A program made the translations under genes and the position numbers. Below, piece by piece: positions 1 to 14,635 of a stretch of DNA of 64,000 nt (position 1 is the first letter of the stretch; every line of letters starts with the position of its first letter). The notes beneath the pieces were generated by a model, which saw nothing but the letters and a program-made list of their open reading frames with translations, searched no databases and was not told the DNA's origin. The stretch comes from Octopus vulgaris (Eukaryota). The stretch spans positions 127,286,001-127,350,000 of the forward strand of contig OX597814.1 in assembly GCA_951406725.2 (NCBI GenBank), in the 5' to 3' direction.

Positions 1-913
1 GGACTTAAAGTTCCCTTTAATATTTAGTTCTGGGTTCATGATTTTTTTCTAAAACATCCTCTTCTATTTCCATAAAAAGTAGGTAGCACACAACATAAGA
101 GATGTAACGCATTCAATACTGGTCAACCAGCTTTTGCCATTTACCCAAATTCATGGCAAAGTGAAACAGCATGACCAAATATTACTTTGTATCTAGTTAA
201 ATCCTTCTTTACTTAGGAATGCTCACGAAACAAATGAGAAAGACCTTCCACTGGTTAAGATGCTAATTTAATGCAAATAATATTCTCAGATGATTGAATA
301 CCTTGGGTGAATTGAAGTGATATAGAATAGAAGAGGACACAGTAATGTTAACAGCAGTAAATTCAAGCTCTTGGCACATTTTGTGACTATTGCTGAACAC
401 GGACCAACTTCAAGGAGCTGGATGTTCTTTGAAGAGAAGACAATAAAGCGTAGTGGAGAAAATGATTCACAAAATAAAATCTCTTGTAGCTATTGCTCAA
501 TATTTATAATTAATAACAAAAGTGCTAATACATTCAGAGATAGGAGAAATTGTTAGCGATGCTCTCTGCCATCTCCTTTTTTGTTTTAATACTTGCTTTC
601 CTATGTTGGTATAGAGTGGACATACCTTGCAGGCTCTATTAACCCCCTCTGACATGCTTATTAGAAATAACAAAGACCTATTCTAAATCATATAATATTG
701 ATGATGATGATGGTTATGTTAATGACTAAGATATCAAACACTAATTGAGATAAAAAAGAAAAGAAAACTAGTAATATTCATAAATGCAGGGAAGTAATGT
801 ATAGGTGTTTTCATAGATTATATAAAGTATTTATTAGACTAAAACGAACTACTAATTGTGAGAGTAATGAAATGATAATTGGCAGATGAGTTTACAGCAA
901 TCATAAGTTAAAG

Positions 914-952
914 CAGTGGTTCCTAACCTGTGGCCCATAAACTAAATTCAAA

Positions 953-1000
<48 letters not shown>

Positions 1001-1104
1001 CATATATAACATATATATATAAGTATATATAATATAAAGGGGTCTGTGGGAAAACTCATTTAAATAAAAGGGGTCCTTGGTAGTGAAAAGGTTGGGAACC
1101 ACTC
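914..1104. mobile_element. hAT (Charlie-like) MITE with internal (TA)n expansion
   Basis: TIRs cagtggttcctaacc (914) and ggttgggaaccactc (ends 1104). Same TIR as the 11767 element. The 8-bp flanks agttaaag/agctaagc only partly match. Confidence 0.75.
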
Positions 1105-2249
1105 AGCTAAGCGATAAATTTATACCAAGGAAAAAAGGTAAGGGTTAGTTGTCTGAAGTTAGAAATGAGTTTTGTGTTAAGCTTTTGTTTTCTATTAAAA
1201 GTCAGTTTTATTTCATTACAGCATCTACATAGATCACTAAAACTTGGGTTTATAAGTTTTTCCTATCCTTAATACCATATGTGGTTGGTTAAGAGTGCTA
1301 ATAATGATCATATATATAAATTTCTGAATAACTAAAGTTCTACATATCTCTTATTAACCAACTTTATCATGTAACAAAGCTGCCATCTAATCAGGCACAT
1401 TATTACAATATACACAACTCATACATTTAATCACTGCAAAATTTTCTCATATTTTCCTCTAACTCGCAAACATTAAAACTAAGGTATCTTATCCTCTTTA
1501 GAAAAAAAACCAAAAAAAAAAAAAACCCAGAAACATAAACACTGTTGAAATTCAAGTACATATATAATTTAAATTAATGGTTCTAAAAATTTATTTTGCA
1601 TAAAATAGGAAAACCATTTGTATCTATATTTGACAAAATAAGCCAATATATTTTTCACATACATTGGATATTTTAAAAAGGTATTTTCCATTAGCTGTAT
1701 TAAAATTGTATGTGTGTATGTGTGAGCGCGCGCACACACATACACACACGTGTACATGGTTGAGCATGGTCTTCCAAATGTTAGAAAGTATGAGTCAAAT
1801 GAAATATTAAAAATCTTATTTCAAATTATTACAAACTATGGTAAATGTTGCATTTCAAACACATAGACAAACGATAAAAATACATACATAAGCACAAGAC
1901 GTAGACCCCACCCCATATACATATAAGAATATAGCATTTTATGAATGAACACTATTTTAGTGTGCGATTGAAATGAAAGCAAATTTTGAAGACAGAAAAC
2001 CGAAAGTATAGTTTCAGTTATATATGTTTGCCTTATATGTATGTGTATGGGTTACAGAAATGTGAATAAAATTTTAAGTAAAAAGAACTATCTCTATAAA
2101 ACCTACATGGACATACACACAGCCTCATTCCATTAGAGCATATTCTAAGAAATTAATGTAATCTCAGAAAAATTCCTCCAATTGGAAAGAACTGTGTAAT
2201 GTCCAACTATAGAACAGCTTCAATAATTTGGCATTAAAGGCTTTCATCA

Positions 2250-2470
2250 TCTTCATTATCTAATGTCTATATTCCATGCATGCATGGGTAGGATGGTTCA
2301 CAGGAGCTGGCCAGGTAGTAAAACTACCCTATGCTACTGTGTGTGTTTTGGCAGGGTTTTTACAGCTGGATGTCCTTCCTAACACCAACCATTCTGCAGA
2401 GTGCACTCAGTGCTTTTATGTGACACTGGTAGAGGTGAGGTTAGTTTTGGCATGATTTTTACAGTTTTAT
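2250..2470 (-). mobile_element. (GAT)n-tailed RTE-3'-end-related interspersed repeat
   Basis: catcatc...ttccatgcatgcatgggtaggatggtt...acagctggatgtccttcctaacaccaacc, a block repeated many times in the window. Confidence 0.7.
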
Positions 2471-2643
2471 ATATTGAAATGCAAGTCAGATTTTAAGAAG
2501 TAGAAAAATGTATCTCTGTTACACATAACAATAAAACAATATATTTGAAATATTTATGCAAAATTACTATGGTTCAAATTCAACTAATTATCTTACAACT
2601 GAGTGCTTTATTTCCAAGTTATGCATATGTGTGTGTAAATAAA

Positions 2644-2945
2644 GGCACAGGCATGGCTGTGTGGTAAGAAGTTTATTTCCCAACCACATAGTTCCAGGTT
2701 CAGTCCCACTAAATAACACCTTGGGCAAATGACTTCTACAATAGCCATGGTCCAACAAAAAACCTTTTTCGGAAACTGGAAAACCCCCTCATACATATGT
2801 ATGGATGAATGCATGTGAGTGTGTGTGTGTGTTACTATATCCTTGCTTTGACTTCGCATGATAATTGTAAATGAGTGTCGTCATCATGAGGAAATATTAC
2901 CTTACTTGGAAACAGGTGAGGGTTGGAAATACCAACTAAAAGAAA
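2644..2945 (+). mobile_element. tRNA-derived SINE
   Basis: Head ggcacaggcatggctgtgtggtaagaag (A-box-like) and ggttcagtccc (B-box-like), with an internal (TG)n tract. Homologous to copies at 16997, 22330 and 44007. Confidence 0.75.
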
Positions 2946-3559
2946 ATATCCAAAAATATAGACTTCAAAAGAAAGTGAAATGACTGAAAGATTTCTGAGA
3001 CTATCAACTATTATAGCTAAGTTAAGAACAAATGACATCAATAAATTTGAGCAATATATTGTAAATATATCTAAATTATTTAATTTATTTTAATGATAGA
3101 TATTAAATTTAGGCCTTTTAAAGACATTGGAAAATGTAGAAAGACGTATAGTTAAGTGCGAGTTGCCACTCTTGAGACCATGAACAGAAAATAATTTTTT
3201 ATTAATTGAAATTAAAATCATATGTATGTTGAACTACAAGAATCAAGATGATGACTTGTATATTTATTCCGAATAGGTTTCAGCAGATTTGAAAATGGCA
3301 GATATGAGCATAGATCAAGGAACAGTTTGTTGAAAGTATAAACAAGAACATTGATTCTTGTTAGATCCATTAGTTTAGGAGTGCTTCTGCATGATGTGAT
3401 ACAATGATGTTGAAATGATGGCTGTCCCAGAATCTCTTGTATTAATGAATTGACTGTGTTATGAATACATATTCATTATAAAGGAGAAGCTGTTCTCCTG
3501 TGATGAAACACTACAGTGATTAGCATATTCATGTTTGAATTTGCCAGAATATATTAAGA

Positions 3560-3960
3560 ACAGATATGCAAGTCTGCGTGAAATTAAAATCCTAATGAGA
3601 AAAAAAAATCTCATAAACAATAACAAAAATTTATTCTGAAAAGGGCAAACGAAAGAAGCCTAAAATTACAAAAAATCAGATAGATATGCAGGGGTGGAGG
3701 AAATGAATCTGAGTTGACAGCCATGTTGGCAACTATAAACATGTTTCAGTTTTATTTGACTTCCTCAGTGCAATGCAGCCCACATGATGTCTGTCAAGAT
3801 CACTAAATGTCAACAAGAAATAGCCTGTTACTTCTTGTGAAGAACATTTAGTGATTAGGTATATTAAAATGACATTGGAAAATCCCCAAAGTGTTTTTGT
3901 ACAAAGAACATTATAGTTAGGTACATGCTACCATACTTGGTTGTGAACTGAAAATAATTT
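3560..3960 (-). mobile_element. Degenerate Penelope-like pLTR / element 3' end
   Basis: The reverse complement aligns by eye with 38000-38280 (ctaactat..gttctt, ctgagga.gt..aataaaac..aaac, cctgcatatct, aatttta..ttcttt...tgcc) and contains a hammerhead-like core. Confidence 0.55.
3733..3773 (-). ncRNA. Degenerate minimal type-I hammerhead ribozyme motif
   Basis: Minus strand reads CTGAGGA-AGT-caaataaa-ACT-GAAAC-AT-GTT: core CUGAnGA, 3-bp stem II, GAAA, palindromic stem III ACATGT, NUH = GUU. Stem I is decayed. Confidence 0.55.
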
Positions 3961-5657
3961 CTAAATGATTGAAATTATAACTCTAAGGAGAAAAAAAAGG
4001 TCATTAGATTTAATAAAAATTTCTTCTCACAAGTAGCAAGAGAGAGAAGTCACCAAATTGCAATCAACCAAAAATAAAATGATGCAAGGCTCTTTGGCCT
4101 TTAAGTTATATTTTAGGACTTACAAGTCATAACTATGATGCTTTTTGACTGTTTTAAGCATATTTAATGTATACTTGAACATTTAACATTATTTTCTTGC
4201 TAATCCAAGTTTCTCACTATAAGTGAATCTCCTCCTCTCTTACACACACACACACATGCACACACACACACTCGCACATGCACACACACACGTAAATATA
4301 GTGAGCAAGGTTATTAAAACAGAAAGTGAAAATTATATATATGTATACATCAATAATGAGAAAATGTATGCTTTTTTTCTGCCTACCTCTCTTTCATTAT
4401 CTCCAAAAGGAATATCAAGTGTTCCCATAGCTCGGATAATAGCTACTAGGGACTGTATCGTATTACTGTAGACAACAGGTTTATATTGTTTGTTATCTTC
4501 ACTTGTAAAACCACCTTCATGAATAATCCTGTGAGAAAAGAAAAGAAAAGAAAATATGAAAATAAAAAGATGTAATAATGTCATGCTAACTGTTCTGGAA
4601 AGAGAATTTAGAATGGCAACATGTTTAGAGAAGAATTCATGTAGCAATATAGTGAGTTTTTACAGAAATGTAAAAGAGAGAGAATTTCTAATCAATGCAA
4701 CAAGACATGATCTAATTAGTTTGCTTTAAGTTGGCAATTCTTCGGAACTAGCCAGAAGTTAATCTGGCATACAATCTCATGACTCATTTTTCAAATAAGC
4801 TGGAAATGACTGTAGTCTTCACACAATACTCATGGGATAGCAGAAATAGATAGTAAATCAAGTTTATTTCAATACAAAAGAAACAAATAAAAAAAAAAAG
4901 CAAAATAAATAAAAATTATCTTGAAAGGAAATGAGCCTCCAAACTAAAGATAATAAAAAAAACTGCTTTAGAAAAATTCAACAAAGAAAAAAGGAAGTTG
5001 AAAACAAAAAGTTAAAAAAAGATTAAAACAATAATTAAATGAAATCAATAGTTTTAATGTTATAGTGTATGGAAGGCAATTCCTTCAATGTTATTTCTAG
5101 GGGATTTCTCTATTAGAATTGAAAGCATAAGTGAAATTGTGAAGAAACTGCAATGAAAGCTACCTACAACATGAAATAAATTTATAATGGCCTAGATAGA
5201 AGAATTCTTTTCAGTTATGCCATTCCCTCCTGGGGGTGGGGGAGAGAATAAAAAATATAAAAAAATACTTTTGATATCTACTTTTTGATGATAACATTAG
5301 TTGGAAAGATACTTTTCAACACATTTCAATCCTACACCATCTCATCTTTGAAGTTGATTGGTACCCAACTTGGCTAACTTCTTGGTAGACTCCATTCTCT
5401 GATAAAAGAATCAACCAAGAATATCTAATAGATATTTCTTCTTTTTACATCAATCTAACCAAAAAAAATTTAGCTATAACTTGATTGGCCCATGCATAGG
5501 AAGAGAAACCTCTTGTCAACGAGGTTAGCTGCTTACTATGATCTCCTTCAAACTCTTCCTCTATGCAATCATTATTTTCACTACAGAACTTACCATGTCA
5601 CCTAAGCAGCAAATATTATGTCATTTATAATATGAGTTAACAAAAATGGCTCTATGT

Positions 5658-5798
5658 TAGTCATGGGCAAACTGCAGCATGTAGGATTCTCTGAATGACA
5701 CATCTGATAAAAAATTACCTTGAAATTTTTTTTAGTAGTGTGACATGCCTGATGATGAGCCTAACACCAAAAAAGTTGAAAAAGGTTGCCCATACCTG
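5658..5798. mobile_element. Old hAT MITE
   Basis: Imperfect TIRs tagtcatgggcaaac / gttgcccatacctg. Degenerate 8-bp TSD ctctatgt/atctttgt. Confidence 0.5.
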
Positions 5799-7904
5799 AT
5801 CTTTGTGACCCCATTCAAAGGAGATTTGGTTGCTAGAAATAGCAGCCTAATCTCCTTTAAATAATTCCCCTCTACATCTTAAATAAAATTTTAAAATGAT
5901 ACACTGGACAATGATGATGGCATGGTGAAAGCTAGAATACCTCATAGGTCTGCATAATGAGAGTTGACCAGATGCTAAATAACTATTTTTTTTATCAAAT
6001 CAATAGTTATGTGAAATGACCTATCAGCAGTGTGATGGATTTAACTATTTTCCTTGGATACCTTGCACAAGGATCAACATATATTGTTGTCTTCACTCTC
6101 TAACCAAGCTGGTTCTCTAAGTAGAACTCCTGCCATTTCTATTTTTGCTTCTTGTGCACCATGCTCTATACTGCTTATATGAGAGACCTCTTAAATTTTC
6201 TCACTCTATTTGGTTCACTACCATGTACACACAGTTGCTCAATGTAAGAACTGCTTTGATTGCACTAATAGGTGATCAACCTTAAATGTGTCCTTTCCAC
6301 TACCTTCTTGTGGTGCATTCTACAGCCGGGTCCTATCATCAAGTTCTTCCATCTCTTTCCTGTCTTGTCTTGAGACAGCATTTACACAGGGTGGGTTGAG
6401 CTGGCTTCATTCATCCTCAATGCTGCATCTCTCACAAACGACGACCAGACCTGGTACATCGCACCTTCTTCAACAACAAACCCAACAAAGTTCTTCCATC
6501 ACAGGCAAACGAAAACTTAAGAAAAAGCAGTCAAGCTGACCTAAGAGCATCAAACATCAAAGTTGATGTCGGACAAAGATGTATGTGCATGTGTTGTAGG
6601 TGGCTGAGACAGACTGAAAACATTACAGTATTTTGATATATTTCTCTAGGTTCTTTGTTTAAATCCTGCTGAACTCAACTATATCAGAGTCCATAAAATA
6701 GTAGGAACTACATCCTTGAAAGGATTCAAGTGATCATATCCTTTCCCCTCCTTTTGACAATTTGCTTAGTATTTCTGGGGTTTACAAAATATGTCCTAGT
6801 CATATACTAGTGGCAATTAAATCTCCCTAAAACTTGCTTATTGTTAGAATTACTTGCAGAAATTGTAGAGCATTGAACTAGTTTTCTCTCTCTACATATA
6901 GTGCTCAAATCTCAAAGTTACTTTAATTTTGACTTCTCTGGGGTTGATAATTAATCAATCACCAGATAGTACAAGAGGTGACTCCAATATGATTCTTAAA
7001 ATAATGTCGACATTAAAGAAATTTATAGAAGTCTTGCTAAAGTATAGAGGAGGAACATTTGATATTGTAAATAACCATGAAGAAATGAATATTCTTTAAT
7101 TGATTCCAATACTGACACACATTATTAAAAAATAGATGACATGTAAAGAAAGAGACACAAACACATCACACTCAATCAGCTATGTTCTAAATAAACAAAA
7201 GCATTCATTCATCTTGGTAGAAGTAAAATGACAATAGCTATAGCTGTGCAAGAAACAGAGCTCCATTAAACTACATGTCAGACTACAGTTGCTTTAATTT
7301 CTGAGTGAAATGACATTCTGACTGTTGTTTGCCATCAATGGACTGCAATGCTAGTTTTAACAATGGCAAACAAACCCACAATATAGTGGAAAGAATTCAA
7401 AAGCCCACAACAAAGGATAAAATGGATGAAGTAAAAGAGATTAGATAATAGGGAGGAATTTAGTTTCATTCAGGGTCAGTATCAATTTATATTTGTTGAC
7501 CTGAATGAAGCTAATATTTGTAGAAATAAAATATTCTCTCCATAATAACTGAGCACATACAGCTGGCAAACTACAACGTGTGTGTGTGGAAGTGTGTATG
7601 CACCATAAATGATTAACAAACAAAATCAATCCTCTCCAAACAATGTTGTTGTTTCTGTGGTTATTCAAACATTAGTTTGTGAACAGAAATCACTCCAATG
7701 CCAATAATCTAAATAAATTTATTTGAAACAATTGAACAGAATTGAGAATTAAGTTTGTTAGAACTAATATTAGAGAAGACATAACTGAAAGTATAAAACA
7801 AAACTGACTTGTGTAAAATAGAGTAAATGGAGTAGTTTGCAAGTAAATGAAGATAAAACTATCTCTATTTACCACATTAATTCTGCTTTAGCAAATTTTC
7901 AGGT

Positions 7905-8095
7905 CAACTGGCAGAATAGAGTATCAGAAGAAAAGGGACTAGAGGTATTTCTTCTGGCTCTTTAATTCTGAGTTCAAATCCACTGAAGATCAACTGTGCG
8001 GTTCATCCTTCCTGGGTTGTTAAATGATGTACCAGTAATTCACTAGCCCCAACTCCTCAAAATTATTGGCTTTATAACTAAATAAGATGCCATTA
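7905..8095 (+). mobile_element. tRNA-derived SINE (TTA-tailed family), old copy
   Basis: ctggcagaat...gagttcaaatcc (B box)...catcctt...gtaccagt, matching the 52724 copy. Confidence 0.6.
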
Positions 8096-8539
8096 TTTAT
8101 GCAATGCTTGGTATTCTTTTAAGCAGTGGTATCTCTGTCAGTCTTCACAAGCTATTGTTGTTCATTCTGATGAATATCTTATCAAAATGGCTTCTATATG
8201 TAATTTCATTCTCCTGCTAACAATATTATATAACAATAAAATGGGAAAACATATAATAAAGATTTAGAAAGTGTTTAAAATAGTTGAATTAAATGATAAT
8301 AACTTACTATATAGTAACATAATGATATGGGAGAGAGGTCTGTATTCAATGTATTTAATATTTGTATCTTTGAATTTAACGGAATATCTCTTGCTAGTCA
8401 TTAGTGAAACTGCTCACCAAAACACTTCATATTCTGACAATTATTGCTAAAACTGGGGATCACTGAAGTATCCATTACATATGAAGGAAAAAAAAAGATT
8501 TAAAGCTTATAAGACCCCTGGGTAACGTCTGTTTTTAAT

Positions 8540-9790
8540 AACTGCAACATCACTGTCTTAATTAGCAATGCATATATAGCTATGCAATATCAACTTTTTG
8601 TTGTACATGAAAAGTATGGTGATATTTTCAGTGATAATATTACTACATTCAGAGATACCAAAGTTCACATCAAAGTCACTGAAATTGGACCAAAGTTTTT
8701 TGAAGCATATATCTTGAAACGGAGTGAAGTTGAGCATAATAAATTGGAGTATGAAGATATATCAGCCCATACATTACTCAAAATGGGCATTTCTAATAGT
8801 ATCAGTTGTAAAGGGTAGAACAATAAGAACTTATGAGGACTATAAGCAAACTCAATAAATCAGCCACTTGTGAAAGGTTTCCAAAGCTTGATCATAGCTA
8901 TACTTCTCAACAGTTGCTTCTGCGTGAAGATCCTCAATTACTAATGGTGAATATGCATCGAGAACCTTTTTTTGATATATGCGCATGCATCCAGTTTTGG
9001 GTTAAGTATGTTCCAGTGCAAAATGGAAAAAAGTTTATGTTATATATTGTTTGTGTTTGAGATGACAATAGTGGAAGGGAAGAATGATGAGCACATTGAA
9101 AAGGTTCTGCAAGTACTATCTGACTGTGGTCTGAAGTCGAAGAAACAGAAATGAAGCTTTATGATTCCAGAGGAAGATTATTTAGATTCCAAAATAAACC
9201 AAGACAGTATGTTTCCAGAACTAGAGAAATTAGCACCAGTCAAGTCATAAATGAACCTAAACCAGAATATATTAATGAGATCAAATCATTCTTAGGGATG
9301 CTTGACTATTAACACAGGCTCCAACCCAATATAGTAATCAGAGTCTTTACATAGATCTTTGAGAAAATATGTACCATGGACATATGGTACAAACTGTGTA
9401 TGATAAAGTAAAGCAGATACACTGTTCCTCTGAATTTTTGGTACATTATGATCCAAATAAGCCTCTGCTGTTTTCATGTAATGTCCCATTCTACAGAATT
9501 GGAGGTTTTTTTATTGCCTGATGCTTCTGAAAACCCTATTATTACTTCCCAAACATTTCTGAGACTGAATGAAAACATGTTCAGATTGAAAGAGAACAAG
9601 TGTCTATCACTTATCAAGCTAAGAAGTTTTACATATATCAGTATAATTGCAAGCTAACTCATATTACTAACCATAAGCCACTTCTTGGATTCCTCAACTA
9701 AAGTAAACTAATTTCCTCAGTAACTGCTCCCTGGGTCTAATGCTGGACCCAACTTCTGTTGTCTTATTGCCATAAATTACTACACCAAAG
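8540..9790 (+). pseudogene. Degenerate Ty3/gypsy LTR-retrotransposon pol (RT + RNase H)
   Basis: Frameshifted motifs in gypsy order: KYGDIFS..PKFF; YSKWAF; TYEDYK; KLD; HREPF..SFGLS; EHIEKVLQVLSDCGL; KSFLGML; TNHKPLLG (TDHKPL-like, about 9665). Many stops. No LTRs seen. Confidence 0.75.
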
Positions 9791-11766
9791 CCCATTTGCA
9801 TCTTGCACATGCAAACATGGTTGTTTTTCATAAATTTATGTGTGTGTGTGCGTAAAACAACTTGTAGAATGCAGCATTTACTATTTTGGTAGCATCCAAT
9901 CTTTCATGTTTATCGGACAGTTCATTTGTAACTGTTGCTCCACTCAGTTTAGTTGTAATGTTAATTTCTCCTGTGCGCATAATCTTATGTTGAAATCAAA
10001 GCCACATTTCATATGTACAAGTTATAGAGAACAGTAAAGCTCATAGCAGCTACATTAATTTATTGACTGTTAGAGAATAGAAATAAAACCATTGTTTTAA
10101 AAGTTATCCTGCAGTTTTGCTTATCATGGAATCAGGATTCTCTATAAACCATCTCAATGAATTAACAAAAGAGATGAACATGATAGCTTTACACTGTACC
10201 TTGCCTTTATCTCTGAGGCCTTACATCTATAGCAGAAACCCTTTAATTTAGTCGTTAAACTTCTTATTTCCAATTACATAAACATTGCTATTGCTTAATG
10301 ATTATTACATCATTAACTGATCTTCAAACTTTTTTTTTATTTGGATAGCCTCTTAAAAATATTTAGAAGATTGCCTCATCTAAGAATAACCATTATGTAT
10401 AAAATGTTGAAGACACAACTGAAACAAATTACACTTCTATATTCATTGTTATCAAATTATAGCTGTAGATCTAAATACAAATTTCAGAAAGTTACAATCC
10501 ATTCCTATTTCACACAGAACACCCTTTCTCTTGGAATAGAATTACTAAGTCTTGAGCAATTCATATTTAGCTCAAATTACATTAACTTATCACAATTCTC
10601 CAAATACAAATTCACCTCAGCTAAGACCTGTTTCATTTCCCTAAATGATTCATAAAAACAAAGTAAAACCATTAAACTTTTTATCCTCCTTTATAAACCT
10701 TCAATATCAATGCAAATGAAACCATTTTTGCAAAGTTGAATATTTACAACTTGTTACAGGAATAGTTTTTAACTAGATGCAAGTCTTACCACTAAAGTAA
10801 GAAAGAGAGTTTATTACCAGATAAACAGAAAGAAGTGAAGATACATATAAATCTCAGACACATAAAAGAATGGGTGAAGTAAAGTTTGAATGCTGTTTGA
10901 ATATTTAGCATTATTTATTGGCGATTTATTTATTTCAGAGTTCTCTCACTCATTATTAAAATGTGCAGATAAGTTTAATTATTGCGTGGAAGGGAAGAAT
11001 GAAGTATGTGTGTGTGAGAGAGAGAAGGAGTACGATAGAAACAGAAAGAGGGGTACAAAGACAGCTATGGATTAGTGTAATACACAAACACATGCAAGCT
11101 AAATTCAAAGATTATCAGTTTCATAAGGGAAGGGTTAGTGCTTCATTTGCATGGTCAGTGGTTCAATACTAGTTAGAATTTGTTTTATGTAAATGTATTA
11201 ACTGTGTAGCAGCTTAATATACACACCTAGTCAACTAAAAAAGTTGGCAATTATCTAATAGTGCATATGTACTTTCATGAATAAATGATAGTAATGACAA
11301 TGATGCTTAACTCTTGAAGATGAATTTGTTTCATTTAGTAAGGAGTAAGTCAGGAGTTTATATGAAAAAATACATAGGCTTCTATATTTGGATCAAGTTG
11401 CTTTCTACATTCTATACCAAGAATTTTTTTAGCATAATCTAGAACTGACACCTATAGAAAATTCTATACAAATTACTTTGTATATTTTGAAGAATTGATT
11501 CTAGACTTGCACACGAAATCTAAAACCTAAAGGAACTCTGATTCCAGAAGTTTCAAAGTGAATACAGATTTCAGTTAGCAGTAGATTTCTGTATCATAAC
11601 AGTTTCAAAGAATCCTTTTCATTCAATATTGTGATAGTTTTACAACAAATGTAGCAGAATTTTTGGTAGGCTGACAATCACTTTAAATCAAACCAAAGAT
11701 AGACTCCCAAACTAAAAAGGACTTCCAACCAAGGGGAGCTTGAACGAAAATAGATAGCCTCTAAAC

Positions 11767-11913
11767 CAGTGGTTCCCAACCATTTTACTATCAAAGACCC
11801 CTTTTATTTAAATGAGTTTTCCCACAGACCCCAGGATATTAAAAGGTCTGTCAGCTTAACATGTTCACAACCTCCCAATACTACCTTGGTGGACCACAGG
11901 TTGGGAACCACTG
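11767..11913. mobile_element. hAT (Charlie-like) MITE with perfect 8-bp TSD
   Basis: TIRs cagtggttcccaacc / ggttgggaaccactg. TSD ctctaaac at 11759-11766 and 11914-11921. Confidence 0.9.
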
Positions 11914-11921
11914 CTCTAAAC

Positions 11922-12127
11922 CAATGTTTTTCAGGGTGTCGGTGTAGCAGAGGTAACTGAATGGGGTATATGTAACAAGTGAACAGAACTTGCAATAAAG
12001 TTATAATTAAAACCTCTTTTGATTATATTTATATATTCTATATATTATTTTGTTTATTTATGGTGAGGAGCATGTTTTGTTGGAAAATCAAAGTGGAGTG
12101 TGGGATGATAAAGGTTGAGAAGCACTA
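11922..12127. mobile_element. Older hAT MITE abutting the previous one
   Basis: Degenerate TIRs caatgtttttca / tgagaagcacta. Flanks ctctaaac / ctctacgt. Confidence 0.55.
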
Positions 12128-14554
12128 CTCTACGTAGTCAATGACTTGCTAGAAATAATAACCAAAGTTCCATCAAGTCACATCTTTCCCTCTGAAGGGA
12201 ACAATGTAATCTTTGATATATACTGAACAATGTAATGCTTAATACATAAAAAGATAGGATAGTCAAGGTTGGAAGCATAATAAAAAAAAAAAAATCTAGT
12301 GAAATAGTTTAGTGAACACAAAAATCCATATAGTCCTTCTCGTAAAGGGGCTGAAATGAACTAGCAGGTGATTGAGGAAGTTTAAGCTCCTATACTACCA
12401 GCAACAAAGTGCTTGCCTCTTCACATAAAATGTAAATTGTACAGTGTACGTGATGTTGGTAGGAAATGGTATAAGTAAGGAGTGACTGGAGAGGAATGGA
12501 CTGTATGTGGTCAGTTGTTTGATTGCAAATAATGAATTAAATTTAACTATGTAAAGGAAGTGGTGCAGGTTTTAGACATGCCAGCATGGAAAATAGACAT
12601 TAAATGATGATGATATCAGAAGTAAACACAAATTTGTGATATGATACCTGAATATAATATTGTTTATGTTCAATATCACACACACATACACACACCCACA
12701 GCATATGATTTCCATGCTGGCAGAGGCTAACTCATGTCAGCATAGAAATCGGATATAAAATGATGATGATGAATGATGACAGCAATTATTTCAATTGAGC
12801 TGTGCATCTTCATCTTTATTTTTTTTTTATATAATGTAACTTGTTTGGAACATTTCAATTATTATTAATTAGAGTAAATTTTATAGGTCTGAAAAATGCT
12901 ACAGGAAGCAAACAAAGCAAATCAATAAGGAAATTCTACAAGAACTGTGCAATAAGAACTGAATATGACTTTGGAACCCCCCCCCCCAAAAAAAAAAAAA
13001 ACTAAAAAAGAAATTAAAATAACTTGATGAATTGCAATTTTGCACATGACTTTAACAAGAAAGAAAGAGTAGAGTAGGAACTTTCAAAAGAAGAGAAAAG
13101 TGATGACATTCTTAGATCAGAACATTTTATGAAAAGCAGAATCGGACATATCTAGCATAAAGATTTCATGGCAAGAAAATTCACCTTTTGGAATATGAAA
13201 AATAAGAACCCAAAATTTATTAAAATGATTGAACTCTATACAATTTTACCACAAAAACTGTAAATCAAAATAATAGATGAACCAGAGCTAAGAATACTTT
13301 AGGAACAAATGATTTGGGGTAAAATAAACATGGAAGTATAGCTTTTAAGATGAAGAGTAACAACAAGTGAACAAATATACGAACATATTTTTAATCAACA
13401 AATGGAAGAATGGATCACTTTTACAATATGTATGGAAACTTAGGAAACAGCTTCAAAAATAGATAACTTATATCACATTAATGATGAGAGAACAGTAAAA
13501 ATTGGTTTCTTATGAAGAGGAATTTAAGAAAGAATATGATTTGGACAGAATGTTAACAAAGCAAAAGCATACACAGAGGCAATGTGACAAGATGTAAATC
13601 AAAGTTTGGTTATCTCTAAATAAGCAATCAATAGAAAAGAGACATTCCAAAATTATAACACAATAATTTTTCAATGAATCAAATTTCCTGAAAGATACAG
13701 GACTCTTTTGAAGTTTGGAAGAAATATAACTGAAACATGTGAAATTCAAATTCAAGCTATATGTAAGAACAACTGCACTAATAGAATGTCTGATGCATTT
13801 AGTAAATCAACTCATAATAGAACAATGAATGGCAACGATGAGCAAAATAATAACAGTTGTTATATGGATTGAACACAGAGTGCCAAGACATAAGATGGTT
13901 ATTGAACATGAGAAACTGAAAGTAATTAGTTTTTCAGAGGAAACATTAACATCCACTCCCCAAAATTCTTTTTTCAAATTAAAAATGACAACACAGAATC
14001 CTGCTAGCTGAACATTTGTTTAGAAAAATCCATTTGTATGATGATGAATCATTAGTTGGAAATAAAGGTGAATTTTGTCCAAAGAAAGAAAGGAGTAAAA
14101 CACTTGATATTTACTATGAATAGATGAATTTTCCTCTTGAAATAACTGAAAATCTAATTTCTCAAAACAAGAATAGAACAATCTAAATGATCTATGAAAA
14201 GGATTGAAATTAACATTTAAAGAAGCTGATAATGGTAATACTGTTGTTATTATGGATACAGATTATTATAAAAAAAGTACTTAAGATATTAAATAAATAA
14301 TATTGCTATGAAAAAACAAACAACTATAAACAATCAAAAGTAGCATAAAATTTACTGACTATCAAGTATGTACCAGATATGTTTGATGAAAGGAGTTGAC
14401 TAATATATGCAAAAGCAGCAATTTCTATGGCTTACCTAAAATACATAAGAGTAAAGCTATAGGTGACATAAAGACACTAAAATCACAGATATTAAAATAA
14501 AATATCCAGATGATTTTAAATGAAGACTAAGCATAGCAGGTTTTTAAGCCTTAC

Positions 14555-14555
<1 letters not shown>

Positions 14556-14635
<80 letters not shown>
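14556..14635. repeat. (TA)n(GA)n compound microsatellite inside the PLE RT
   Basis: Direct reading of the sequence. Confidence 0.95.

Noticed and set aside
2644-2715. tRNA-like A/B boxes here and in other SINE heads
   Set aside because: No complete cloverleaf. They continue into repeated SINE bodies.
6030-6560. GC-richer segment that might be a host exon
   Set aside because: No recognisable protein family, and the minus frames I read contain stops. Probably a decayed TE ORF.
8160-8200. CTGATGAA followed by tatcttatcaaaat as another hammerhead
   Set aside because: No GAAA, no proper stem II or stem III. CTGATGA hits at 5749, 17125, 50163, 56490 and 63084 were rejected for the same reason.
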